Shown piece after piece: positions 1 through 12,514 of a DNA stretch of 64,000 bases; within the stretch, counting starts at the first letter, position 1, and every line of letters starts with the position of its first letter. Below the pieces are notes generated by a model. It was not told the DNA's origin. It did not search any database and was given only the letters and a program-made list of their open reading frames with translations. Location: assembly GCA_030583805.1 (NCBI GenBank), contig CP129476.1, positions 181,453 to 245,452 of the forward strand. The letters are read 5' to 3'. This stretch comes from Patescibacteria group bacterium (lineage in GTDB: Bacteria; Patescibacteriota; Patescibacteriia; SG8-24; DYFX01). The position numbers were made by a program, and so were the translations under genes.

Positions 1-311
1 CGCGGCACGACGGTAAAGCCGTCGTGGTGCACTTTCTCGATGAAGTAGCGGAGCATTTTCTCGGTGACTTCAAAGTCGGAGATGATGCCTTTGGAAAGCG
101 GGCGCGCCGTAATGATGTGGGAAGGCGTCTTGCCGACCATCTCCTTCGCCTCCTTGCCCACGGCCAAAATCTGGCTCGTTCGCGTGTTGATGGCGACGAC
201 CGACGGTTCGTTGATCACGATCCCCTTCTCCTTGACGTAGACGCGCGTCGAAGAAGTGCCAAGATCGATTCCGAGGTCCTTTGAAAATCTCCCGAAAAGG
301 TTGTTCAGCAT
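1..311 (-). CDS. mreB: Rod shape-determining protein MreB (N-terminal part; gene continues beyond window start)
   Basis: Hand translation of the minus strand from the ATG at 309-311 gives MLNNLFGRFSKDLGIDLGTSSTRVYVKEKGIVINEPSVVAINTRT..., the conserved actin-fold N-terminus of MreB. The ORF runs off the window edge. Confidence 0.8.
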   Translation of the reverse strand, partial: MLNNLFGRFSKDLGIDLGTSSTRVYVKEKGIVINEPSVVAINTRTSQILAVGKEAKEMVGKTPSHIITARPLSKGIISDFEVTEKMLRYFIEKVHHDGFTVVP

Positions 312-342
312 GGGGTGTGGATAAGGGTGTTACCCTACCATA

Positions 343-723
343 TTAGCGTCCCGAACGAAAGGAAATCAGGAAGAATTCGAGCACGGTCAGGGTGGCGGCA
401 AAGAGCAGCAGATTCCACCAGGTAAGAAGCGTTCTCGACTGGAGAATCAGCGCGCCGACCACGAGGAGCGTCAGGAGCAGGCTTTGGCGGAAAGAGACGG
501 CGACATGGCGTGAAACGGCCTCCTGGCGGCGCAGTCCGGCCCGAACGACCATGCCGAGCACGGAGAACGTTCCGATCAGGGCCAGGGAAAGCGCGGCATA
601 CAGGAGCAGGACGCCGAGGATCCCGCCTTCAAGAGGGTCAACGATGCTGATGATGGAAAAGACGCCGAGCCAGCAGAGCGCGGTCGAGAGTCCCATCCAA
701 AACAGGTATTGGCGGAAGGTCAT
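343..723 (-). CDS. hypothetical integral membrane protein (about 4 TM helices)
   Basis: 126-aa ORF with a hydrophobic helix pattern (LFWMGLSTALCWLGVFSIISIV..., LLLYAALSLALIGTFSVLGMVV...). No recognisable family. Confidence 0.45.
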   Translation of the reverse strand: MTFRQYLFWMGLSTALCWLGVFSIISIVDPLEGGILGVLLLYAALSLALIGTFSVLGMVVRAGLRRQEAVSRHVAVSFRQSLLLTLLVVGALILQSRTLLTWWNLLLFAATLTVLEFFLISFRSGR

Positions 724-735
724 GCGGCCATTGTA

Positions 736-1029
736 TCACCGCCATGGCGAGAGTAAGAACCGGATACGGTCGCCCCCGGCCTTTTTGACCGTTTCGAGCA
801 GAAGCGCCTCGTCTTTTCGCAAGACGGCAACGATGCTCGAAGACTTACAGGCCACGGTCAGGGTGCCGTCTGAAAAGCGCAGAACCTTGAAACCCGGCTC
901 AGTGTCGCGCGGCAAAAGCGAGAGCGCCGCCTCTTCGAACGACGTAAAGGCTTTGGCACGCGCCACTTTCGCGGCCATGCCGTTCTTTTTCACCGTCTCC
1001 GGCAGGATGTTTCCGATCGGCGTGAACAT
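736..1029 (-). CDS. hypothetical protein (98 aa), immediately downstream of the helicase-nuclease gene
   Basis: The ORF track gives 736..1110, but the upstream 74 nt overlap the helicase gene. The internal ATG at 1027-1029 (MFTPIGNILPETVKK...) abuts the helicase stop at 1037, so the shorter start is preferred. Confidence 0.4.
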   Translation of the reverse strand: MFTPIGNILPETVKKNGMAAKVARAKAFTSFEEAALSLLPRDTEPGFKVLRFSDGTLTVACKSSSIVAVLRKDEALLLETVKKAGGDRIRFLLSPWR

Positions 1030-1036
1030 GCGTCCT

Positions 1037-3907
1037 TTATAGCACTTTAAAGCGGCAGATGTCTTTAAAGTCGCAATACTTGCAGGTGTGGGCGCTCGGC
1101 GAGGGCGCAAAGTCGGAGGCTTCGAGCGCCGCGATCTTTTTCCCGATCGACGCGCGGATATCGTCCAGGTTTTCCTCAGGCTCGACCTCCTGCAGCACGT
1201 CGTCCTTCAGGAACCAGAAGGCCATGCGGCTTGTTTTCATCTGGTACACGTCGGCGAGGGCGAGCTGGTAGATCCTGAGCTGCTCCTTCATGCCGGCATC
1301 GAGCCGTTCTTTTGATTTTCCGGTCTTGTAGTCGATGATCATGGCGGAGCCGTCCGCGAGCTTGTCGATGCGATCGATCTTGCCCTTTAAGACGTAGCCT
1401 TCGACTTTGAGCGTGAAAGGCGCTTCGGTCATCCACGGCGTCGGCTGTTCCAGGACGGTGCGCGCGTGCGCGCGGCTGATCGCCTCGCGGCCGGCGCGAT
1501 GGAAATCCTCGCGCACGTCCGCATCTTCATACCACTCCCCCGTCCACTGGCTCTCGTAGAGCGCCAAGAGTTCCTCAAGCGGCATCCAGGTTCCAGGGTT
1601 CGCTTTGGAGGCTTCAATGAACGTTTCGAGAACGGAGTGGATCAGCTTGCCGAAGTGCAGCGGACCCTTGTCGAGCGTCGGAATTTTGAGGAGATGCGCG
1701 AACTTGTACTGCAGCGGGCAGTTGTCAAAGGCGGCCAGCTGGGAAAAGCTGAAGCTCGACGGCAATTCCAGAACGACGCCGCCTGTCGCGTCGCTGGCGG
1801 CGGCCTCCGGCTCGTGGAAGCCGGCGCTTTTTCCGGCCGCAATGACCTTGATCACGGCCTTGTTTTCTTCGTTGGAAAAAATTTCGTCCAAAAACCGGGA
1901 AGGTTTCTTTTTCCGCGCGCCGCCCGTGTCCTCCGTCGCGGTAAGATAGAGCCTGTCCTTCGCGCGCGTGCAGGCGACATAGAGCAGCCTGCGCTCTTCT
2001 TCGAGATGCGCATCCGCGCCTTCGTTCGGCGTTTCTTTGACGAGCGCGTCGGGGAACGGAATGGGCTCGCGGCGGTTATCGCCCGGGAAGCGGCGCGCCA
2101 CGAGCTGTACGACAAAGACGTTCTTGAATTCCAAGCCTTTCGACGTGTGCGCCGTCATGAGCTTGACGGTGTCCGGCCCTTCCGTGAGATCGGACGGGAT
2201 CCGGCCTTCCTCGCCGGATTCCAGCTCCCAGTCGAGCACGCGCATGAAGCCGCGCAGGCTCGGGCGCGGATCGTCGTTTTCGTACGTTTGGATGCGGCGC
2301 ACCAGCTGGTTCAAGTAGCCGATCGCTTCGATCGTCTGCGGCGTTTCTTCCTTCAAGAGATCTTCGTAATACCCCGTATCGACAAAGATTTCCTTGAGCA
2401 GCCGCGCAGGCGTCGTGCGGCGCGCCCGCTCGGCATGCTTCTCGATCAGCGCTTCGATGCGCCGGAACGTTTCGAGCGTCGTGCCGGAAAAACCGAGCGT
2501 GCCGGCTTCGCGCAGCGCTTCGTAGAGCGACCAGCTCTTGCGGTCGGCTTCGTGCGTCAGTTTCACGATATCGAGCGCCGGCACGTTGAAAATGTGCCAT
2601 GACAGCACGCGGTGCAGCGCCGGGCTTTCGTGGTAGTTATCGAGCAGCTTGAAGTAGCAAATCGCGTCTTGAATGACGGGTTTGGTGTAGAGGCCTTTGG
2701 ACGCGACGTACAGATGCGGAATGCCCCGGCGCGTGAAGGCTTCCAAAAACGGTTTGAGATGCGCGTTGGCGCGGGCCAGGATCGCGAAATCGCCCCATTC
2801 CAATTCAGGATCGCTCTCCTTGAGACGCAGGATCTCTTCGGCCACGTAGCGCGCTTCGTCGTCGATGCCCGCCAAGGTGGCATGCGTGATCGCGCCGCCG
2901 TTTCCGCGCTCGGCCACGAGCCGCTTCGACAAGCCGAGCTTGGCCTCGAGGCGGTTCGGATCGTTCTGCTTGATGAAGCGGTAGCTGACGTCGAGAATTT
3001 CCTGTTTGGAGCGGTAGTTGCGCGTCAGGAAGATCTGCGCCGCTTTCGGGAAGTCGTCCTTGAACGCCAAAATATTCGAGACGGAAGCGCCGCGGAATTT
3101 GTAAATGGATTGATCGTCATCGCCCACGACCGTCAGATTGCCGTCTTGTCCGGAAAGCAGCTTTACGAGCTCGTACTGCGCGACGTTCGTGTCTTGGAAT
3201 TCGTCGACCAGGACGTATTTGAAGCGCTTGCGAAACTCCGCGAGCACGCTCGGGCGTTCGCGGAAAAGGCGGATCGTTTCGGAGATGAGCGCGCCGAAGT
3301 CGAGCTGCTTCCGGTCGAGCAGAAGGTTTTCGTAGACCTCGAAGGCGCGCGCGACTTCGAGAACCCGCGCTTTTTCATCCGGCTCCGCCTCAAGCGCCTC
3401 GGCGTAGGCGCGGTACTGCGGCGGCGTGACGAGCTCGTCCTTGGCGTGGCTGAAGTGGCTGAGCAGTTCGTGGATGAAGCGCGAGGGGTCGCCGAGCGGA
3501 CGGTAATAGTCGAGACCGAAGTCTTTCAGCCGGTCGCGCACCGAAAGCCAGGCGCCGGTTTCATCGAGCAGTTTGGCATCGGCGGCCAGGCCGATATCGA
3601 TGCCGCGTTCCTTGAGCACGCGCTCGCCGAAGCCGTGGAACGTGAGCGCCCAGAGTTCGACGTAGCCGATCGGCAAAAGCGCGTCCAGGCGTTCCTCAAG
3701 CTCCGAAGCGGCTTTTTCCGTGAAGGTGAGCGCCAGGATCTCCCCCGGCGCGGCGCGGCCCGTGGCGATGAGCCAAGCGATGCGTTTGGCGATCACGCTG
3801 GTTTTGCCCGTTCCGGCGCCGGCCACGATTAAAAGCGGTCCTTCCGCATGGGTCACGGCGGCGGTTTGCTCGGGATTCAAGCCTTCCAACAGCGTTTGGG
3901 AATCCAT
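1037..3907 (-). CDS. UvrD/PcrA-family superfamily-1 helicase fused to a C-terminal RecB-family (Cas4/AddB-like) PD-(D/E)xK nuclease with a 4-Cys iron-sulfur cluster motif
   Basis: Walker A motif AGAGTGKT. UvrD helicase motifs (VDEFQDT, TRNYRS, VGDDDQSIY, helicase C-terminal motifs). C-terminus has the RecB nuclease motif IIDYKTGK and cysteines FDNCPLQY ... CKYCDFKDIC, spaced as in AddB/Cas4 Fe-S nucleases. The ATG at 3905-3907 (MDSQTLLEG) is preferred over the TTG at 3913 listed in the ORF track. Confidence 0.85.
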   Translation of the reverse strand: MDSQTLLEGLNPEQTAAVTHAEGPLLIVAGAGTGKTSVIAKRIAWLIATGRAAPGEILALTFTEKAASELEERLDALLPIGYVELWALTFHGFGERVLKERGIDIGLAADAKLLDETGAWLSVRDRLKDFGLDYYRPLGDPSRFIHELLSHFSHAKDELVTPPQYRAYAEALEAEPDEKARVLEVARAFEVYENLLLDRKQLDFGALISETIRLFRERPSVLAEFRKRFKYVLVDEFQDTNVAQYELVKLLSGQDGNLTVVGDDDQSIYKFRGASVSNILAFKDDFPKAAQIFLTRNYRSKQEILDVSYRFIKQNDPNRLEAKLGLSKRLVAERGNGGAITHATLAGIDDEARYVAEEILRLKESDPELEWGDFAILARANAHLKPFLEAFTRRGIPHLYVASKGLYTKPVIQDAICYFKLLDNYHESPALHRVLSWHIFNVPALDIVKLTHEADRKSWSLYEALREAGTLGFSGTTLETFRRIEALIEKHAERARRTTPARLLKEIFVDTGYYEDLLKEETPQTIEAIGYLNQLVRRIQTYENDDPRPSLRGFMRVLDWELESGEEGRIPSDLTEGPDTVKLMTAHTSKGLEFKNVFVVQLVARRFPGDNRREPIPFPDALVKETPNEGADAHLEEERRLLYVACTRAKDRLYLTATEDTGGARKKKPSRFLDEIFSNEENKAVIKVIAAGKSAGFHEPEAAASDATGGVVLELPSSFSFSQLAAFDNCPLQYKFAHLLKIPTLDKGPLHFGKLIHSVLETFIEASKANPGTWMPLEELLALYESQWTGEWYEDADVREDFHRAGREAISRAHARTVLEQPTPWMTEAPFTLKVEGYVLKGKIDRIDKLADGSAMIIDYKTGKSKERLDAGMKEQLRIYQLALADVYQMKTSRMAFWFLKDDVLQEVEPEENLDDIRASIGKKIAALEASDFAPSPSAHTCKYCDFKDICRFKVL

Positions 3908-3935
3908 TGACAATTCAGCTATTTTCAGCTATCCT
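3907..3935 (+). promoter_or_regulatory. sigma-70-like promoter: -35 TTGACA (3907-3912), 17-nt spacer, -10 TATCCT (3930-3935), driving the GTG-start gene at 3983
   Basis: Canonical TTGACA read directly. Exact 17-nt spacer. The -10 matches TATAAT at 4 of 6 positions. AAGGAG Shine-Dalgarno at 3971-3976, 6 nt before the GTG at 3983. Confidence 0.4.
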
Positions 3936-3982
3936 AGCACACATTCGGGACACAACCCTCTCGAAGACAAAAGGAGCCTGTA

Positions 3983-4351
3983 GTGACCAAGAGCATCCAC
4001 ATCGTCGGCAAGTTCGCGTCCGAGGACGCGGCGCTTCTCTCCCGCACGATCAAGTCCAAGTACCAAGGTGCGTTCGAGATCGTTCCGCACGCCGACCAGA
4101 ACGCGTTCACGAACGCGGTTCGACCCGATCAGATGCCGAGCGTCCTCGTGCTCGGCAACCGCCTCTCTGCCATGATGGCCGGCGACTTCGCCGCCAAGCT
4201 GCGCCGCGAGGGCTACAAGGGCAAGATCTTCGTCTACACCGGCGGCATCGAGGTCGCCAAGACGCAGGACGTCGACGCGGTCTTCTACAAGCCGGGTGAC
4301 GCCAACAAGATCGTGAACGTCCTCATCCTCGCGCTGCACGCCGCTCGCTAG
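3983..4351 (+). CDS. hypothetical protein (122 aa); possible degenerate CheY-like receiver fold
   Basis: GTG start preceded by AAGGAG. Alternating beta/alpha pattern (IHIVGK ... VLVLGN ... KIFVYTGG ... KPGD) resembles a receiver domain, but the acidic phospho-acceptor residues are absent. Divergent from the helicase gene. Confidence 0.5.
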   Translation: MTKSIHIVGKFASEDAALLSRTIKSKYQGAFEIVPHADQNAFTNAVRPDQMPSVLVLGNRLSAMMAGDFAAKLRREGYKGKIFVYTGGIEVAKTQDVDAVFYKPGDANKIVNVLILALHAAR

Positions 4352-4371
4352 AGCGAACCCGCAACGCGAAA

Positions 4372-4406
4372 CCCCGCCCTCTTCGGAGGAGCGGGGCTGT
4401 TTTTTA
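4372..4406. terminator. Rho-independent terminator hairpin (CCCCGCCCTCTTCGGAGGAGCGGGGC followed by TTTTTTAT), between convergent genes
   Basis: GC-rich inverted repeat followed by a T6 run, directly after the stop of the 3983..4351 gene. It overlaps the stop of the 4404..4845 minus-strand gene. Confidence 0.5.
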
Positions 4407-4845
4407 TGCCGTTTGGAAACTGATGGTCCCCGCGTCGTCGATGTGCGCGATCGTTTTGAGGACTTCGAGATCCGGATATTTCTCAAGAATCATATTCCTC
4501 GCGGCTTCAAGATCCTCGGCATGCTTGGCGCGCTCCTCTTCCATCGAGGCGAAGGCCTTGCGCCCGCCGTAGGCGCCGCAGTCGGTGTGATTCATGAGGA
4601 CGACGCGGCACACGTCGTGCAGCCGCTTGGAAATGTCGAGCTGCCGCAGGACGAACTCGACGTCCGTCGGCTGCGCGGGATTGACCAGGTTTTTGACCGC
4701 GCCCGCGATCGAGACGACATCGACGTCGCCCATCAGACCCTCCTTTTCCATGTAGGCCTTAATGTCGGCGGCGAAACGAAAGTCGATGCAGTGGAAAATA
4801 ATCGTAGAGCAGGTGTGTTTCATAGGAAAACGTTTGTTCGCCATA
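4404..4845 (-). CDS. beta-carbonic anhydrase-like protein, cab-type (single domain)
   Basis: Contains CIDFR (C-x-D-x-R) and HTDCGAYGG (H-x-x-C-G), the two zinc-ligand signatures of beta-class carbonic anhydrases. Start is ambiguous between the ATG at 4845 (MANKRFPMKH) and the ATG at 4823 (MKHTC). The Arg-rich N-terminal extension of the full ORF (to 5105) is rejected. Confidence 0.55.
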
Positions 4846-4909
4846 CGATAGCAAGCCGTTCTGAAAATGAAAAGCCCGCTTGGTCGGCGACCAGCGGGCA
4901 CGAGCGGCG

Positions 4910-5716
4910 TCAGGGATCGCGCCGTTCGATCGTCCCGATCCGACCGTCCGCGAGGCGAACGATGGCCGGGATGATGGCGACGCCGGAGAAGCGACGGCGC
5001 AAGACGCCCCGAGCGACGCGCAACCGGTAGTCGAACTGCGCGTCTTCGTGCGCCGTGTTCTCGAACATCTGACTGCCGCCGAAGGCGCCGCAGTCGGTGT
5101 GACACGTGATCACGATCGTCCGAAGATCGTGGCGCTCGCGGTAGTCGTTGATCTGAGCGAGCGTCAGACGGCTGCGGCGCATCGTGCCCTCGACGTCCTT
5201 GGCACCTCCCGCCATCGCCAGGATGTGCGGGGCCTCATCGAGACCGAGCTGCATCGCGAGCTTCGTCGCCAGATCGTTGTCGTGCTGGCGGAAGTCCATA
5301 CAGGTGATGGCGAGCGTCCGGCAGCGCGCGTCGGGCATCGGAACCGGGCCCATGTCGATGCTGTTGATCGGCACGTCCTCCGAGATCGGGTTCGGAAAGA
5401 CCTTCCGCGAAACGTGGAACTGCTCGCGTACGGCCGCGACAATCTGTTCGACGTTCGCCCCGCCGACCACCAGGATCTGCTCGCCCTTGTGGAGCGAAAG
5501 CGCCAACATGGCGTCTTCGACCGCCTGCGTGAGCACCTCCTTGTTGCCGGCGAGGTGCGGGAAGTCGAGCGCCGTCAGGAGATCGAAACGCCCGTCGCGT
5601 CCGGTCTTCTTGATCAGCGCGCCGATACTCGGTGCCCAGGCATGGGCCTGCCTGGCGCAGGTGATCACGGTCGTTTGGCATTCTGCCGCGAGACGGTCTT
5701 CTGCGGTGGGATGCAT
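4910..5716 (-). CDS. tandem-domain beta-carbonic anhydrase-like protein (degenerate N-terminal copy plus intact C-terminal copy)
   Basis: C-terminal half has CMDFR and HTDCGAFGG. The N-terminal half keeps the fold pattern (ITCARQAHAW) but has lost the Asp/Arg and the HxxC motif. Start taken at the ATG at 5714-5716 (MHPTAEDRL), preceded by AAAGGAA. It is a paralog of the adjacent 4404..4845 gene. Confidence 0.55.
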   Translation of the reverse strand: MHPTAEDRLAAECQTTVITCARQAHAWAPSIGALIKKTGRDGRFDLLTALDFPHLAGNKEVLTQAVEDAMLALSLHKGEQILVVGGANVEQIVAAVREQFHVSRKVFPNPISEDVPINSIDMGPVPMPDARCRTLAITCMDFRQHDNDLATKLAMQLGLDEAPHILAMAGGAKDVEGTMRRSRLTLAQINDYRERHDLRTIVITCHTDCGAFGGSQMFENTAHEDAQFDYRLRVARGVLRRRFSGVAIIPAIVRLADGRIGTIERRDP

Positions 5717-5793
5717 CCGATTCCTTTCTTTTACGGGTGGGACGCGGCGTATCGTATGCGCTCTAACCGTTTCTGTCAAGGTGGCGAGATTTT

Positions 5794-5819
5794 AAAAAAC
5801 CGCCCTGTTTTTGGGCGGT
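5794..5819 (-). terminator. Rho-independent terminator (minus strand) after the small membrane-protein gene
   Basis: Minus strand reads CCGCCCAAAAACAGGGCGG followed by TTTTTTAAAA. The hairpin lies immediately 3' of the 5819 stop. Confidence 0.45.
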
Positions 5820-6160
5820 TAACCGATGTCAGGCGGATGCTTTATCCGGTCCTGATTGAAGGGGTGATCCGGGTTGAGGATCGAGTTCTCCCAGGTCTTG
5901 CGATCGAGGTCGATCAGTCCTTGGGACGGCTGCTCGTTACGCCGCTCCCAGATGCCGTGGCGCAGCATGCGTCGGAACCAGAGCGCGATCGTGAGCGGCA
6001 GCAGCATGGCCGCGGCCAGTACCGCGGCTTCGCTCAGCTGTCCCTGCCGCACGTGGTCGAGGCTGAAGACGCCGAGCAGGAGCGTGATCAGGCCAAAGGT
6101 CCAGGTGAAGAGCACGAAGTCGGACTTTTTCCAGGCGTGCGCGGACGATCGATCGTTCAT
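5819..6160 (-). CDS. small membrane protein (113 aa)
   Basis: Start at the ATG at 6158-6160 (MNDRSSAHAW...), preceded by a strong AAGGAGG. Two hydrophobic helices (FVLFTWTFGLITLLLGVFSL, AAVLAAAMLLPLTIALWF). Confidence 0.5.
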   Translation of the reverse strand: MNDRSSAHAWKKSDFVLFTWTFGLITLLLGVFSLDHVRQGQLSEAAVLAAAMLLPLTIALWFRRMLRHGIWERRNEQPSQGLIDLDRKTWENSILNPDHPFNQDRIKHPPDIG

Positions 6161-6264
6161 GGAAGCCTCCTTGGATGCGCATAGGGTAGTCCAAAAAGCC
6201 TTGATTGTCAACCCGTCTTGACGGTCGAGGTATTTTCTGATGATCTGCGCGCGGGAGGAACCAC

Positions 6265-6843
6265 ATGGAAAAGACGGTCTTTGTCTTGCCTGACGATAGC
6301 GAAGCGCTGGCGCGAGTTATCGAAGCGGTCCCCCAGGAATGGTCTTGGGTGGACGGACGACTTGGGCCGCCCCAAGCCCTGGTCGAGAACGGGCAGGTTG
6401 CTCGTACGGCCGGCTATTTCATCGGCCGTTTTCATTCGATCCACCCGACGATCCAGGGTCCGTGGAACCATAAGGAAAGACGCAGCGATCGTCCTGATCT
6501 TTGCGAGATCCTGATCGAGCATAAGCTGCCCCTCTTTATCGCCTTTGATGAAGCGGGCTTTCAAGAACGCACGATGCATCTCGGCGCCGCGAAAAAAATC
6601 GCCGCGCATCATGTCCGGTTCGGCTATCGCGGATGGCTCTTCTGGTATGTCGGCTGGGACGACGATGACAAGTACAGGAACGAGGCTCGGTGCGAGATGC
6701 ACTTCTCGCGACAAGAGAACGAAGCCAAGAACTGGCTCGTCGAACTCGCCGTCCTGCCGCGCTTTGGAGGCAAGCCGGAAGCGCTGACGCCGCTCTTGGA
6801 AGCCTGCCGAGCGCTCGGACTGAAGGAGTTCTCGGAAAACTGA
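6265..6843 (+). CDS. hypothetical protein (192 aa)
   Basis: GGGAGG Shine-Dalgarno 7 nt upstream of the ATG. Followed by a clean terminator. No family recognised (Trp-rich segment GWLFWYVGWDDDDKY). Confidence 0.55.
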   Translation: MEKTVFVLPDDSEALARVIEAVPQEWSWVDGRLGPPQALVENGQVARTAGYFIGRFHSIHPTIQGPWNHKERRSDRPDLCEILIEHKLPLFIAFDEAGFQERTMHLGAAKKIAAHHVRFGYRGWLFWYVGWDDDDKYRNEARCEMHFSRQENEAKNWLVELAVLPRFGGKPEALTPLLEACRALGLKEFSEN

Positions 6844-6865
6844 CGATTCGCCGCCAAAAAACGCA

Positions 6866-6899
6866 GACGCCCCGTGCCAGCGGCACGAGGCGTTTTTTC
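6866..6899. terminator. bidirectional Rho-independent terminator between convergent genes (6265..6843 on plus and atpC on minus)
   Basis: GACGCCCCGTGCC-AGC-GGCACGAGGCGT hairpin followed by TTTTTTC on the plus strand. An A-run lies on the other side. Confidence 0.5.
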
Positions 6900-7343
6900 T
6901 TACTGTTGGATATGCGGCATGCCGGAGCGGCTGCGATGCTTGCGGACAACCTTGAGGCGCGCGAGCTCGCGCGCGAGTCCTGCCGCGGCGTCGGCGTAGC
7001 GCTCTTCGTCGTCGAACTTCTCTTTGAGGAGTTCTTCGGCGCGCGCTTTGGCTTCCTCAATCGCTTTGAGATCGAGTTCGTCGGCGCGCTCGGCGCTGTC
7101 GGCCAAAATAGCCAAGCGGTTGCCGGGATGCACCGTGACGAATCCTCCCGAGACGGCCAGGAGCATTTCTGAGCCGTCTTCGTTCACGACGCGAAGCTCG
7201 CCCGCCTGGATGGGGGCGACGAGCGGCAGGTGGTCGGGCAGGACGGTGATTTCGCCTTCCGTCGTCGGGATCGAAACCTGGCGAACCTTGGCCTGCACGG
7301 CCACGCGCTCGGGCGTCGTGAGTTCGAAGTCGAGCACTTTCAT
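6900..7343 (-). CDS. atpC: F0F1 ATP synthase subunit epsilon
   Basis: Epsilon-subunit beta-sandwich N-terminus (MKVLDFELTTPERVAVQAKVRQVSIPTTEGEITVLPDHLPLVAPI...) and a helical C-terminus. Last gene of the atp operon. Confidence 0.85.
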   Translation of the reverse strand: MKVLDFELTTPERVAVQAKVRQVSIPTTEGEITVLPDHLPLVAPIQAGELRVVNEDGSEMLLAVSGGFVTVHPGNRLAILADSAERADELDLKAIEEAKARAEELLKEKFDDEERYADAAAGLARELARLKVVRKHRSRSGMPHIQQ

Positions 7344-7344
7344 G

Positions 7345-9623
<2,279 letters not shown>

Positions 9624-9632
9624 AACGGTCGG

Positions 9633-11147
<1,515 letters not shown>

Positions 11148-11148
11148 A

Positions 11149-11544
11149 TCAGATGAGTTGCTGTTTCAGGCGGTCGAGGCGTCCTTTGAGAGAAGCGTCG
11201 AGGAGAATGTCGTCGAAGCGGATGACGGCGCCACCGATCAGATCGGGTTCCGTTTTCCAGCGCATTTCGACTTTTGCGCCGAGTGCTTTGGCGAATGTTT
11301 TTTCCAAGCGTTCCTTGTGGCTGTTGGAGAGTTCCTCGGCCGAGGCGACGGAGATCTCGCGGATCCCTTCCGCTTTACGCGCTTCTTGCTCGAAAGCGTT
11401 GATGACGCCCGGCGCGAGCTCGAGTTCGTGGCGAGCGGCGAGAAGTTCGACGAATCGCGCGACGGCGCGTTTGACCTCTTTTTCAGGGAGTCCGGCAGTC
11501 AGGCGGTAGAGCGACTGGCCGTAGGTGGTAGCGGTGGTGGCCAT
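11149..11544 (-). CDS. atpH: F0F1 ATP synthase subunit delta (OSCP)
   Basis: Position between atpF and atpA. OSCP-like sequence ([23 protein letters not shown]). Confidence 0.8.
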   Translation of the reverse strand: MATTATTYGQSLYRLTAGLPEKEVKRAVARFVELLAARHELELAPGVINAFEQEARKAEGIREISVASAEELSNSHKERLEKTFAKALGAKVEMRWKTEPDLIGGAVIRFDDILLDASLKGRLDRLKQQLI

Positions 11545-11545
11545 A

Positions 11546-12124
11546 TCAGCTCTTCAAATGTTCCGTCGCCTCCTCGAGCAAGGCTTTTTTCTGGGATTCC
11601 GTCAGCGTGGCGCCGAGCGCCTTCTTGGCCGCGTCGACGGCGAGTTCCGCAATCTCCGTGCGCGCGCTCTGCACCATTTTCTCCTTTTCGGCGGCGAGCG
11701 TGTCCTTGCCTTGCTGGATCAGCGCCGCGAGTTCCGCCTGCGTCTTCGCCTTCGCCTCGGAACGGTGCGCTTCGGCCTGCTTCTGCGACTCTTCGAGGAT
11801 GCGCTGGGCTTCGCGTCGGGCGGCGACGATCGCCTCTTCGGCGGCTTTTTCGGCGCCGGTTTTGGCGGCGAGAGCGGCTTCGGCGTCCTGGAGACCCTTG
11901 TCGATCTTGGCCGTGCGGGCGTCGATGATCTTGAGGAGCGGCGTGTAGACCCACTTCCACATCACGAACAAGACGACCGCGAAGTTGGCGAGCTGGGCGA
12001 TGAAGAGTTTCCAGTTGACGCCAAGCGCGCCGAGCACGGACTCTTCGGCCTGCGCGGTTTGCGCCACGGCGACGGCGGCCTCGGCGGCAGCGTTGACGAT
12101 TTCGGGAGAAACAGGGGTGGACAT
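11546..12124 (-). CDS. atpF: F0F1 ATP synthase subunit B
   Basis: Single N-terminal TM helix followed by a long charged coiled-coil, at the operon position expected for the b subunit. Confidence 0.8.
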   Translation of the reverse strand: MSTPVSPEIVNAAAEAAVAVAQTAQAEESVLGALGVNWKLFIAQLANFAVVLFVMWKWVYTPLLKIIDARTAKIDKGLQDAEAALAAKTGAEKAAEEAIVAARREAQRILEESQKQAEAHRSEAKAKTQAELAALIQQGKDTLAAEKEKMVQSARTEIAELAVDAAKKALGATLTESQKKALLEEATEHLKS

Positions 12125-12184
12125 AGGTGTTCAGAGTTCAGGTTTCAGGACTCAGACGGGCTGAGTCCTGTGATCTGCACTCTG

Positions 12185-12403
12185 TTAGAGAGTGAAGACG
12201 ACGACGAGCGAGTAAATGGCGATAGCTTCCGCGAAGGCGGCGCCGAGAAGCATCGGAACGAACAGCTTTCCGGCGGATTCCGGATTGCGGCCGATGGCTT
12301 CCATGGCTTTTCCGACGAGGCGTCCGATCGCGAGCGCGGGGCCGATGCCGCCGATCGCCATGGTCAAACCCTTGGCGAGGAGGCGCATGCTTTCTGCGTC
12401 CAT
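12185..12403 (-). CDS. atpE: F0F1 ATP synthase subunit C (72 aa core)
   Basis: Two-helix hairpin with AIGRNPE and a conserved carboxylate helix. The ORF track extends to a GTG at 12484, but the internal ATG at 12401-12403 gives a typical c-subunit length. Start is uncertain. Confidence 0.75.
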   Translation of the reverse strand: MDAESMRLLAKGLTMAIGGIGPALAIGRLVGKAMEAIGRNPESAGKLFVPMLLGAAFAEAIAIYSLVVVFTL

Positions 12404-12514
12404 AGTGGAATGTGTTGGATCTTCGGTCGACGGGGTGGGGTTTAACGTCGCGTCCGATCCGACTAAGAGTGAGAGTTCAGACACCGACCGTAGTCGGGAG
12501 CTGAAGGCCTCCTC

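Noticed and set aside
2612-3832. Long antisense ORFs are listed in the track, for example 1466..2602+, 2612..3832+, 8781..11156+, 16081..18270+, 33911..36505+, 42740..44362+, 48633..50537+, 50850..52502+ and 56678..58840+.
   Set aside because: Each lies opposite a gene with clear conserved motifs (helicase, ATP synthase, RNR, ABC-F and others). Each has the Arg/Ala/Gly/Pro-rich composition typical of spurious frames in high-GC DNA.
12404-12484. A 27-codon N-terminal extension of atpE from a GTG start.
   Set aside because: It would give an atypically long c subunit. The internal ATG yields a canonical two-helix protein of about 72 aa. Kept as uncertain.
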